The notes under the pieces are model-generated. The model did no database searches and was not told where the DNA came from. It saw only the letters and a program-made list of their open reading frames with translations. Positions 35,528-43,303 of a DNA stretch of 43,303 nt are shown in pieces. The stretch lies in the NCBI GenBank assembly GCA_041496385.1, contig JBGQEL010000029.1:1-43303 (forward strand). The letters run 5' to 3'. Position 1 is the stretch's first letter, and every line of letters starts with the position of its first letter. Position numbers and translations under genes: made by a program. The stretch is from Candidatus Methylomirabilia bacterium (GTDB lineage: Bacteria; Methylomirabilota; Methylomirabilia; Rokubacteriales; CSP1-6).

Positions 35528-36630
35528 TAGACGGCTCGCGCGTCCGCGTCGACCGGCCGCGGTGTGAGGTACGGACCGAGGGTCCGCCGGACGTGCGGCT
35601 GCTTGAATGCCCAGAAGAGGCTGTCGAGATAGAAATGGACGAACGCGAGGAGCATGTAGAGCATGCTGAACTGGTACGCCCATCCGAGCCGCCCCATCAT
35701 GGAGCGCGCGACCAGGAACGGCACGCTCAACACGAGGAGCGCGAGGCACAGATGCGGGGTGCTGGCGCTGATCCACCGGAGCAGCGCCGCGCCGGAAGAG
35801 CCCTTGCCGGTCGTGAACCTGCGCCGGTGGAGGAGCCAGAGGAGCGCGAGGTACTGGAGATAGTGCGGCGCCAGCATCGCGAACGTGGCGGTCATCGTGT
35901 CGGGGAACCAGAGGTACGGGTGAAACATCAGCAGGCCGGCGGTGAGCATCGCCAGCTCGGGGCCGCGCACGGACTGCCCGGCGCGGCTACGCGTCCGCAA
36001 CGCGCGCGCGAGCCGCACCAGCGCCAGGGCGGCGACGAGGCCGCAGGCGGTTCGGATCAGCGACACTCCTCTCGGGCCGACGGCCGCCAGAATCGGCTGG
36101 ACCTCGACGAAGCTCTCGATGTTCCACAGCGCCATGAAGAAGTTCGTCGCGACGATCGCCAGATTCGTCACGTTCTTCTGGCTCGGATCGGTGACACCCG
36201 CGCGATGGCGATAGAGGGAGACGAGACCGCAGCTCTGGCGGGCGACGTGATACGTGTTCCACAGGAACAGCGTGAACAGGATGACGACGTCCACCCGCAG
36301 CGCGAGGATCGCCACGAAGCCCGCCGCGAGCACTAGCGGCCCGCCGAAGAACGCACGCCAATGCACGCGATGGTAGTCGCGATTCTCGTCCCAAAAATAG
36401 AAGGCGAACGTCGAGAGATAGTGCGCCGTCGCAAGGAGGAAGGCGACAACGGAAAGACCGATTCCGCTCGGGCTCGCCGCGACGAACGGTGCCAGCGCGA
36501 TCGGCGCGGTGGTGAGCGGAACGAGAGCCAGCAGGACGAGGTCGAATGCCGGCGACTCGATCCAGCCGGCCGAGGCTCTGCCGAGTACACCCGACCGCGT
36601 CTGTCCCTCCCAAGATGCGGTCCGGCTCAT
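35527..36630 (-). CDS. Polytopic membrane protein with conserved His motifs (unknown function)
   Basis: ATG at 36630; WIESPAFD, AHYLST, WNTYHVARQSCG, PHYLQY, VHFYLDSLFW. Confidence 0.7.
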   Translation of the reverse strand: MSRTASWEGQTRSGVLGRASAGWIESPAFDLVLLALVPLTTAPIALAPFVAASPSGIGLSVVAFLLATAHYLSTFAFYFWDENRDYHRVHWRAFFGGPLVLAAGFVAILALRVDVVILFTLFLWNTYHVARQSCGLVSLYRHRAGVTDPSQKNVTNLAIVATNFFMALWNIESFVEVQPILAAVGPRGVSLIRTACGLVAALALVRLARALRTRSRAGQSVRGPELAMLTAGLLMFHPYLWFPDTMTATFAMLAPHYLQYLALLWLLHRRRFTTGKGSSGAALLRWISASTPHLCLALLVLSVPFLVARSMMGRLGWAYQFSMLYMLLAFVHFYLDSLFWAFKQPHVRRTLGPYLTPRPVDADARAV

Positions 36631-36669
36631 CACCCTGCACGCTAATATAGTGGCGCCGGACCTGTCAAC

Positions 36670-38367
36670 GTGAGACACCGTCGCGCCTCGCTCGCTCTGC
36701 TCCTCGCCGTGAGCCTCCCCTTCCTCTTCGTCCACCTGGGAATGCCGCTCCTCGACCCGGACGAGGGGCTCTACGCCGCGATCGCCCAGGAGATGCTGGG
36801 CCGGAGCGACTGGGTCATCCCTCATGTGAACGGCCTGCCGTATCTCGAGAAGCCGCCGCTCTACTTCTGGCTGACGGCGCTCACCTTTCGCGTCGCGGGC
36901 GCCTCGGAGTGGGCGGTGCGGCTCTGGTCGGCGCTGGCGACCCTCGGGACCGTGTTGTTGACGTGGCGGATCGGCCGCCGTCTCTACGGGCCACGGGCCG
37001 GGCTCCTCGCGGGACTCGCGCTCGCGACGATCGTCGGCAACGCGCTCTACGTGCGCAAGGCGTCGACCGACCAGCTCTTCGTGTTCTGCCTCACCCTGTC
37101 GCTATACGCTTTCCTCCGCGACGTCGTGCGGCCGGATCGCCGCGGGCGCTTTCTCCTCTTCTACGCCGGCGCGGCGCTCGCCGTGCTCTCCAAGGGATTC
37201 ATCGGCGTCGTGTTCCCGCTTCTCATCGCTGGCATCGGACTCGCGTGGACCCGCCAGCTCTCCTGGCGCGAGCTCAACCTGGCGCGTGGCGGGGCGCTCT
37301 TCGCCCTCATCGCGGCGCCGTGGCACCTGCTGGCACTCTGGCGGTCACCGACCCTCTTCGAGTTCTACGTGCTGGACAACCACCTCCTGCGCTTCCTCGA
37401 CGCCCGCCGCTTTGTCGAGGACGACGTGCCGATCTCGACGCTCGGCTTCCTGGTCGCGAGCTTTCTCTGGGCCTTTCCGTGGAGCGTCTTCTTTCTCGCG
37501 CGCAGGGCACACGGAGCAGCCCCGGCGGCGCGCTGGCGCGTGGTCCCCGTCGCGTGGGCCCTGGTGATCGTCGGGCTCTTCGCGCTCTCGCGCTTCAAGC
37601 ACGAGTACTACGCGTTGCCGGCATTTCCGGCGCTCGCGATCCTGGTGGGCGCCGCCTGGGCGGCCGGCCGCGATATCGGACGCTGGTTCGGGATCGGCCT
37701 CGTCGGATGCGCCGCCGTCGGGGTCTGGGCGCTCTGGACCGGCGCTCGCCTGACGCCCGATGGGGCGATGCGGGGGCTCGCCGAGCTGAACGTCTACTAC
37801 CGCATCCTGCGCGAGCAGGGCGTGGCCTTTCCCTTTCCCTCGCCTCGCCCGTTCGGCCTCCTGCTCCAGGCGCTCGGGCTGACGCTCCTCGTGGGCTGGG
37901 GGATCGCGACGCTCTGCTGGACGCGGGGCCGGCGTCGGACATCGTTCGCCGTCCTCGTCGGCGTGGCCGCGGTAATCTCTTTGCTGATCCTGCGAGTCCT
38001 GGACGTCGTGGAGCCCCACCACTCCGCCAGGGAAGTCTCGCGGGCGATTAGCGCCCTGGCGGCGCCGGACGACGCGATCGTCCTCGAGGGCTCGCTGGAG
38101 TACAGCCCAGCGCTGCCCTTCTACACGGGGCGTCGCGTGCTCCTCGTGAACGGGGCCGTCGGCTACTTCTCCTTCGCGTCGACGCTGCCGGAGGCGAGCG
38201 GAGTCTTCATCGACACGCGGGACCTGATCCGTCTATGGGAGAGCCCGCGCCGGGTGTTTCTCGTCGTGCGGCGGCCGCGGGGCGAGAGCGTCGCGGCCGC
38301 GCTGCCTCCCGCGCGCGTGCGAGACCTAGGGCTCTATGGTTCGCGCCGGCTCTACTCGAATCACTGA
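36670..38367 (+). CDS. ArnT/GT39-family GT-C glycosyltransferase
   Basis: DPDEGLYA.IAQEM...DW.IP, YLEKPPLYFW, LSKG, K..YY.LP. Confidence 0.9.
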   Translation: MRHRRASLALLLAVSLPFLFVHLGMPLLDPDEGLYAAIAQEMLGRSDWVIPHVNGLPYLEKPPLYFWLTALTFRVAGASEWAVRLWSALATLGTVLLTWRIGRRLYGPRAGLLAGLALATIVGNALYVRKASTDQLFVFCLTLSLYAFLRDVVRPDRRGRFLLFYAGAALAVLSKGFIGVVFPLLIAGIGLAWTRQLSWRELNLARGGALFALIAAPWHLLALWRSPTLFEFYVLDNHLLRFLDARRFVEDDVPISTLGFLVASFLWAFPWSVFFLARRAHGAAPAARWRVVPVAWALVIVGLFALSRFKHEYYALPAFPALAILVGAAWAAGRDIGRWFGIGLVGCAAVGVWALWTGARLTPDGAMRGLAELNVYYRILREQGVAFPFPSPRPFGLLLQALGLTLLVGWGIATLCWTRGRRRTSFAVLVGVAAVISLLILRVLDVVEPHHSAREVSRAISALAAPDDAIVLEGSLEYSPALPFYTGRRVLLVNGAVGYFSFASTLPEASGVFIDTRDLIRLWESPRRVFLVVRRPRGESVAAALPPARVRDLGLYGSRRLYSNH

Positions 38368-39440
38368 GCGAAGGGCGCCGGGCGCCACGACTCCAGCACC
38401 GCGGCGATGCGCTCGCCGGCGTGGCCGTCCCAGAGCGGCGGCACCCTGCCGGCCGTCGGCCGGCCGCGCAGGATGGCGTCCACCTCGCGCCGGAGCCGGG
38501 CGAGGTCCCGACCGATCAGGACGTTCGTGCCCATCGTGATCGTCACCGGCCGCTCAGTGTTCTCCCGGAGCGTCAGGCAGGGCACTCCGAGGTACGTCGT
38601 CTCTTCCTGGATGCCGCCCGAGTCGGTGATGACGGCGGTGGCGTACTTCTGCAGCGACAGGAATTCCAGGTAGCCGACGGGATCGAGCAGTCGGATGCCG
38701 GGCCACGCCCGCGCAGCGCCGAGGTTCTTGCGCGTTCGCGGGTGGACGGGGAACACGACCGGGATCTCTCGGCCGATCTGATCGAGCGTCTCCACGATGT
38801 CGGAGAGCATCCGGGGATCGTCCACGTTCGAGGGGCGGTGCAGCGTCACGAGCACGTAGCGCTCGGGGAACCCGCCCGTACGGGGGTCCTGGCATAGTGA
38901 CAGGCAACGCACGAGCGTGTCGATCATCACGTTGCCGACGAAGTGGATCTTGTCGGCCGAGACACCCTCCTGCTTGAGGTTCTCGTCGCCGTCGGTCGAC
39001 GGCGTGAAGAGGAGGTCCGACACCCGATCCGTCAGCACGCGATTCACCTCTTCGGGCATCGTGCGATCGCGCGAGCGCAGGCCGGCCTCGACGTGGCCGA
39101 TGGGAACGAGAAGCTTGGCGCAGACGAGGGCCGCCGCGACCGTCGAGTTGACATCGCCGTAGACGAGCACCATGTCCGGCTTGCGCTCGATGATGACGGG
39201 CTCCAGGCGCATCATGATCTTCGCCGTCTGCTCGGTGTGACCCCCGGAGCCCACCTCCAGATTGACGTCCGGTGCCGGGATCTGGAGCTGGCGGAAGAAG
39301 GTCTCCGACATGTTCAGGTCGTAGTGCTGGCCCGTGTGCACCAGCGTTTGGGCGGCGCCCGGGACGCGCGCGAGCGCCGCCTGGACCGGAGCGACCTTCA
39401 TGAAGTTGGGCCGGGCGCCGACGACGTGGAGGATCCGCAT
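38361..39440 (-). CDS. wecB: UDP-N-acetylglucosamine 2-epimerase (non-hydrolysing)
   Basis: GARPNFMK, HTGQHYD, GDVNST, HVEAGLRS, PEEVNR, TDSGGIQEE, RENTERP, WDG. Confidence 0.95.
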   Translation of the reverse strand: MRILHVVGARPNFMKVAPVQAALARVPGAAQTLVHTGQHYDLNMSETFFRQLQIPAPDVNLEVGSGGHTEQTAKIMMRLEPVIIERKPDMVLVYGDVNSTVAAALVCAKLLVPIGHVEAGLRSRDRTMPEEVNRVLTDRVSDLLFTPSTDGDENLKQEGVSADKIHFVGNVMIDTLVRCLSLCQDPRTGGFPERYVLVTLHRPSNVDDPRMLSDIVETLDQIGREIPVVFPVHPRTRKNLGAARAWPGIRLLDPVGYLEFLSLQKYATAVITDSGGIQEETTYLGVPCLTLRENTERPVTITMGTNVLIGRDLARLRREVDAILRGRPTAGRVPPLWDGHAGERIAAVLESWRPAPFAQ

Positions 39441-39466
39441 CAGGCGCCCTGGTCCCTGCGATTCAC

Positions 39467-40228
39467 TTACCGCGTCGGGACAGTCGAGCTCGGATTGCCG
39501 TTGTTCCCGTTTCCGGCGATCCGGTTATTGCCGAACGAATTGATCTGGGTGTCCGGGTCGGACGTCAGCCCAAAGGTGTTGCCGGTGATCGTCGAGTTGT
39601 TGAGGTAGACGATCGCGTTCAGGCCAGTCGCCCGGACACCCGTGAAGCTCTGCTCCACCCGGACGCGGTCGAGGAACACCGTCGCCCCGGCGTGCACGTC
39701 AACGCCGACGCTGCTGAACCGAAGATCCGAGTCGTGTACCCAGACGATACTTCCGCTGGCCAGGGCGTTGATCGCCGCTTGCGTGAACCCGAAGATCCTG
39801 CAGTTGTCGATGTTGAGCGCGCTGACCGCGGTGAGGTTGATGCCGTTGATGCCTGTGGAGAGCCCGTCGATCGTCAGGTTTCGGAGTGTGACCGCCACCC
39901 CGGCCGTGCTGATGTTGATGGCGTTGGTGCCGGAGACGAGGACCCCCGCAAAGCTCCCGCTGCCGTCGATCGTGATCGACTTGGTGATCGTCACCGCACC
40001 GAATCCGCCCGGATCAAGCACGTTGATCTCGCCCCCGGCCGCCGTCTTCGAGATGGCTCCCGCGAACGTCTTGCAAGGAGCCGTCCGGCTACACGGATTG
40101 GCGTCATCCCCCACGCCCGAGACCCAGGTCCTGGTCGCCTGGGCATACGCAGGCAGGGCTCCGGCCCAGAGCACGAACAGCACGGCGGCTATCGCGACAG
40201 TCAGACTCGTCACTCGTCGAACTATCAT
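39467..40228 (-). CDS. Secreted right-handed beta-helix protein
   Basis: Signal peptide AYA-Q; TRTWVSGVGDDANPCSRTAPCKTFAGA cap, ITKSITIDG; strong RBS GGAGG. Confidence 0.8.
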   Translation of the reverse strand: MIVRRVTSLTVAIAAVLFVLWAGALPAYAQATRTWVSGVGDDANPCSRTAPCKTFAGAISKTAAGGEINVLDPGGFGAVTITKSITIDGSGSFAGVLVSGTNAINISTAGVAVTLRNLTIDGLSTGINGINLTAVSALNIDNCRIFGFTQAAINALASGSIVWVHDSDLRFSSVGVDVHAGATVFLDRVRVEQSFTGVRATGLNAIVYLNNSTITGNTFGLTSDPDTQINSFGNNRIAGNGNNGNPSSTVPTR

Positions 40229-40346
40229 GGTTGATCCTCCTCTCCCCAGGCATGAATACTACCGCACCTGAGCCGCGTCGCGGCGCCCATCGCGCCCGCC
40301 TTCCGGAAATGACGATGGTCGCCGTGGTAGGCTCGGCTCCCCGGCC

Positions 40347-40967
40347 ATGCTGACCCTCTATCGGTTCCCGTCGCTGTACCGCCTCCTGATGCGCGCCGGC
40401 TACGGCGCCGACTACACCGCGCGCTACGCGCTCGTCGCCGACCGGCTGGGCGCGCCGGACGACGTCCTCGAGCTGTGCTGCGGCCCTCTGGGCCTCCACG
40501 CGTACCTCGCGAGGCGTGGACTTCTGCGAAGCTACGTCGGTCTCGAGCAGTCGCCTGCGATGCTGAGACTGGCCGGCCGTCGCGGCGTGGACGTCCGCGC
40601 GTTCGACGTGCGCGCCGGCGGCGCGTTCCCCGCGGCCGGGACCCTCGTCATGCAGGCCAGTCTCTATCAGTTTCACGACGCCGCGGAGGACCTGCTGCCG
40701 CGGCTCTGGGCGGCCGCGCGGCGCCGTCTCGTCGTCGCCGAGCCGGTCCGCAGCCTGGCCCAGTCGCGCTTCGGCGCCGTCCGCTGGCTCGGGCGCGTCC
40801 TGACCCGGACACCCGACCGCGTCCACGCCTTCCGCTACACCGAGGCGTCGCTCCTCGAGCTCTACCGCCGGTGCGGAGTCCCCGTGAACCGCGTCGATCG
40901 CACGCCGGGCGGCCGCGAGGTCGTCCTCTGCTCGGTCAGGGCTCCTTCACCCGGACCCGCACCGTGA
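40347..40967 (+). CDS. Class I SAM-dependent methyltransferase
   Basis: VLELCCGP motif I, YVGLE, FDV, LVVAEP. Confidence 0.75.
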   Translation: MLTLYRFPSLYRLLMRAGYGADYTARYALVADRLGAPDDVLELCCGPLGLHAYLARRGLLRSYVGLEQSPAMLRLAGRRGVDVRAFDVRAGGAFPAAGTLVMQASLYQFHDAAEDLLPRLWAAARRRLVVAEPVRSLAQSRFGAVRWLGRVLTRTPDRVHAFRYTEASLLELYRRCGVPVNRVDRTPGGREVVLCSVRAPSPGPAP

Positions 40968-42420
40968 TCCGCGACGGCGCGGCGCCTTCGCGCTCGAGCG
41001 TGTACGCGAGCTCCAGAAGGCCCGGGCGCGGCGTCGTCGCCGAGACGCCGACCCATTCGCACGCGAGACCGTCCCGCGTCCGACGACGCGTCCGCGGATA
41101 GCGGGCGAGATCGACCACCTCGCCGTTGATCGCGAGCACGAACCGTAGCGTCGCCAGCTCGCGCCGGAGCGTGGGCTCGTCCGCCGCGCACCACGCCGGG
41201 CCGAGCGGGATGCCGCGCCCGTCGATGATCGCCTCTTGGTACGCCTCGTGGCCGCCGGGCTCCCGCCAGGCGTCGGGCAGGAGCGCGTCCCAGAAGACCG
41301 CGTCGCGGTAGTCGAACGCGGTGTCGGCGGTGAGCCCGAGCGCGGAGACGCGCGCGGGTGGCTCGGACCGGGAAGGACGGTAGGCGGCGACGAGGCCGAC
41401 GGCGATCAACAGGAACATGATGGCGAGCGCGGCCCGCGAGCGGCGCGCGCCGCCGAACGCCTCGCCGGGTGAGCGCGCCTCGGCCGCGCGTCGTACGAGC
41501 GTGCCGCACACCCAGCCCACGCACCCGCTCCCGGCGGCGGTCAGCAGCACGCCGGGAAGCGCGGCAACGATCCGCCCGAACTCCCACGGCCGGCCCACGA
41601 CCCAGGCCATCCACGCGCCTTCCTGCGCGCAGAGCACGAGTCCGAACGCCACCCCGGCGACGCCCGCGGCGACCGACGACACGGGGCGCGTCGCGAACGC
41701 GAGCAGCACCAGATCGAGCGCGAGCGCGGGCGCGAGGGGGATTGGCGTGAACGTCGGGATCCGCATGCCGAACGCGAGCAGGACGAGCAGGATGAGCACG
41801 TGCTGGACGGTGAACAGCGCGGCCGTCGCGGTCGCCGCGCCGGGACCCAGCGCCCCGACGGCGAGGACGAAGATCGCGGGAAGGAGCAGCGCCATGAGGA
41901 ACGGATAGAAGTCCGGCGTCCGGCCCCAGGCATCGAGGGTGTAGTGGTCGAGGGCGACCATCGACTTGTGGACCAGATCGGCCAGGCAGAACAGCACGAG
42001 GACGCGCGGCGCGCGCCAGCGCGGCTCGAGCCCGTACCGCGTGTGCTGGGCCAGCGCGAAGACGAGGCCGACGGCGATGAGCGCCGTGCCGGCGAGACCG
42101 ACGAGGTGCGGCGGGCTCCAGAGGTTCACGTCCTTGCCCACGTTCGCGTGCCACCACTCGTCGAGCGCCGCACCCGCGACGGCGAGCAGGAATCCGAGCC
42201 CGCCGAGGACGAGCCCCGCCGGGGCGCCGTGGCGTCGTCGTCCCCAGAGCACTGCCCACGCGCTGACGAGGCCGTTGGCCGCCACGCCAGCGTACATGAG
42301 CGCGTGCGGCGGCGAAAAGAAGCTGTCGCGGCCGACGGTCCGGTGCCAGGCGACGTCCCAGAGGAGGCCGGGAAAGCCGAACCAGCCCGCGCCCAGGGCG
42401 AGCGCGAGCGCGAGTGTGAC
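40936..42420 (-). CDS. Polytopic membrane protein with two DxxWH...PPH motifs and a C-terminal extracytoplasmic domain (start uncertain)
   Basis: WDVAWHRTVGRDSFFSPPH and LDEWWHANVGKDVNLWSPPH; no canonical start codon near 42420 in this frame. Confidence 0.7.
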   Translation of the reverse strand, partial: VTLALALALGAGWFGFPGLLWDVAWHRTVGRDSFFSPPHALMYAGVAANGLVSAWAVLWGRRRHGAPAGLVLGGLGFLLAVAGAALDEWWHANVGKDVNLWSPPHLVGLAGTALIAVGLVFALAQHTRYGLEPRWRAPRVLVLFCLADLVHKSMVALDHYTLDAWGRTPDFYPFLMALLLPAIFVLAVGALGPGAATATAALFTVQHVLILLVLLAFGMRIPTFTPIPLAPALALDLVLLAFATRPVSSVAAGVAGVAFGLVLCAQEGAWMAWVVGRPWEFGRIVAALPGVLLTAAGSGCVGWVCGTLVRRAAEARSPGEAFGGARRSRAALAIMFLLIAVGLVAAYRPSRSEPPARVSALGLTADTAFDYRDAVFWDALLPDAWREPGGHEAYQEAIIDGRGIPLGPAWCAADEPTLRRELATLRFVLAINGEVVDLARYPRTRRRTRDGLACEWVGVSATTPRPGLLELAYTLEREGAAPSRITVRVRVKEP

Positions 42421-42431
42421 CGGGGAAACGC

Positions 42432-42689
42432 CTAGTCGGGAAGCCGCGGCTCCAGCTCCTGAATGAGGGGCTGCAGGATCTCGAGCCGGCGCTCCAGCTC
42501 GTCCACGCGCCGCCCCAGGACCTCGCGTCTGATCTGCTCGTCGACGAGCCGTGCCTCGGTGCGGCGCACGCCCTGGAGGATCACGCGACATTCTTGCTCC
42601 AGCCGCTCCAGCCGGCGTGAGCGTCGATCGACGGCGGCGAACTTGTCGCCCAGAAACTCGACGAGCCGAAGATACTCGGTGTCCGTCAC
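42432..42689 (-). CDS. Small coiled-coil hypothetical protein
   Basis: 85 aa, heptad-like E/R/L content; fills the gap between two paralogs. Confidence 0.55.
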   Translation of the reverse strand: MTDTEYLRLVEFLGDKFAAVDRRSRRLERLEQECRVILQGVRRTEARLVDEQIRREVLGRRVDELERRLEILQPLIQELEPRLPD

Positions 42690-42711
42690 AGCGCTTCTCT
42701 ACCGCACATCT

Positions 42712-42747
42712 GAGACACGTTCAAGTGTCTCCAGGTTGAGACACTTG
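42712..42747. promoter_or_regulatory. Triple GAGACAC motif in alternating orientation (possible operator)
   Basis: GAGACAC (42712-42718), then CAAGTGTCTC (42722-42731) and GAGACACTTG (42738-42747), which form a perfect 10-bp inverted repeat with a 6-bp spacer. Confidence 0.4.
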
Positions 42748-42755
42748 CCCCGCGC

Positions 42756-43303
42756 TCACGGATCCTTGAAGACCACGCGCAGCTCGACGTCGGTGCGCGC
42801 GGCCGCGCCGGCCGCGCCGGGCGCGCCGGCCGCCCCCGGCCGCTCGATCGTGTACGCGAAGTGGTTCTCGCTCGCCCGCTGAGTGAGCGAGATCACACCC
42901 ACCCAGGCGCAGTGCGTCCCGTCGCGCAGGCGCAGGCGCACGAGCGGGTAGGGCGTCAGATCGAGGGGCGCGCCGTTGATCGCCATCGTGAAGCGGAGAC
43001 CCGGCAACGCCGCTCCCAGCGCGGCCTCGTCGGGCACGCACCACGCGGGACCCACGGGAAGCGGAAAGCCGTCGATGATCCCCTCGCTGCGCGCCTCGAC
43101 GCGGGCGGCGGTGCGCCACGCGTCCTCGAACACGACGTTCCAGAAGATCGCGTCCTGGTAACGCAGGGCCGGAGCCGGCACGAGCGTCAACTCCGCGATG
43201 GTCATCGGCGGGCCGAAGCGCTGGGGCTGATATGTCGACGCGAGACCCGCCGCGGCGAGCAGCAGAACGGCCGCGAAGGCCCTCTGGGCCCGCCTGACGC
43301 CGC
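42756..43303 (-). CDS. Paralog of the 40936-42420 membrane protein, C-terminal part (runs off window)
   Basis: Frame open to the window end; Y.DA.FW, IIDG..+P+GPAWC..DE, INE/G..+DL..YP, C.WVGV and V..K.P are shared with the downstream gene. Confidence 0.8.
   Translation of the reverse strand, partial: GVRRAQRAFAAVLLLAAAGLASTYQPQRFGPPMTIAELTLVPAPALRYQDAIFWNVVFEDAWRTAARVEARSEGIIDGFPLPVGPAWCVPDEAALGAALPGLRFTMAINGAPLDLTPYPLVRLRLRDGTHCAWVGVISLTQRASENHFAYTIERPGAAGAPGAAGAAARTDVELRVVFKDP

Noticed and set aside
36642..36668. Minus-strand sigma-70 promoter (TTGACA at 36663-36668)
   Set aside because: The best -10-like hexamer is only 13 bp away, so the spacing is not credible.
42797..42842. GCCGCGCCG tandem-like repeat
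   Set aside because: It encodes an in-frame Ala/Gly/Pro low-complexity linker, not a separate element.
1..43303. CRISPR arrays, tRNA/rRNA genes, IS elements
   Set aside because: No spaced direct repeats, cloverleaf-like intergenic segments or transposase motifs were noticed by eye; intergenic gaps are short.

Overview
High-GC bacterial DNA, dense with cell-surface and tailoring genes. No rRNA, tRNA, CRISPR array or mobile element was recognised. The left part (1-11192, minus strand) is a nonulosonic-acid polysaccharide operon: Fe-ADH plus KdnA-like aminotransferase, neuA, neuB, neuC, a CBS protein, a LIC12162-type transferase, an MBOAT/SGNH acylation pair, a PhyH dioxygenase and asnB. It is followed by secreted tail-fibre/beta-helix-like proteins (one behind a consensus sigma-54 promoter), acyl-, formyl- and nucleotidyl-transferases and a flippase. 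The main discovery is a compact candidate RiPP cluster at about 24100-29348. It encodes a LanD-type flavin Cys decarboxylase, a PqqD/RRE and a 50-aa precursor missed by the ORF track (25060-25212; YEAP leader motif, ending ...SMAVWWITAMC). It also encodes an HprK-like kinase, three DUF455-like ferritin-fold proteins, an S24/S26 peptidase and a Tat-exported C1q-like protein. I do not recognise this enzyme combination as a described RiPP class. The window also holds three paralogous 'partner + HTTM' gene pairs and membrane proteins carrying a PmoC-like metal motif. All family calls come from motif recognition by eye; no database searches were run.
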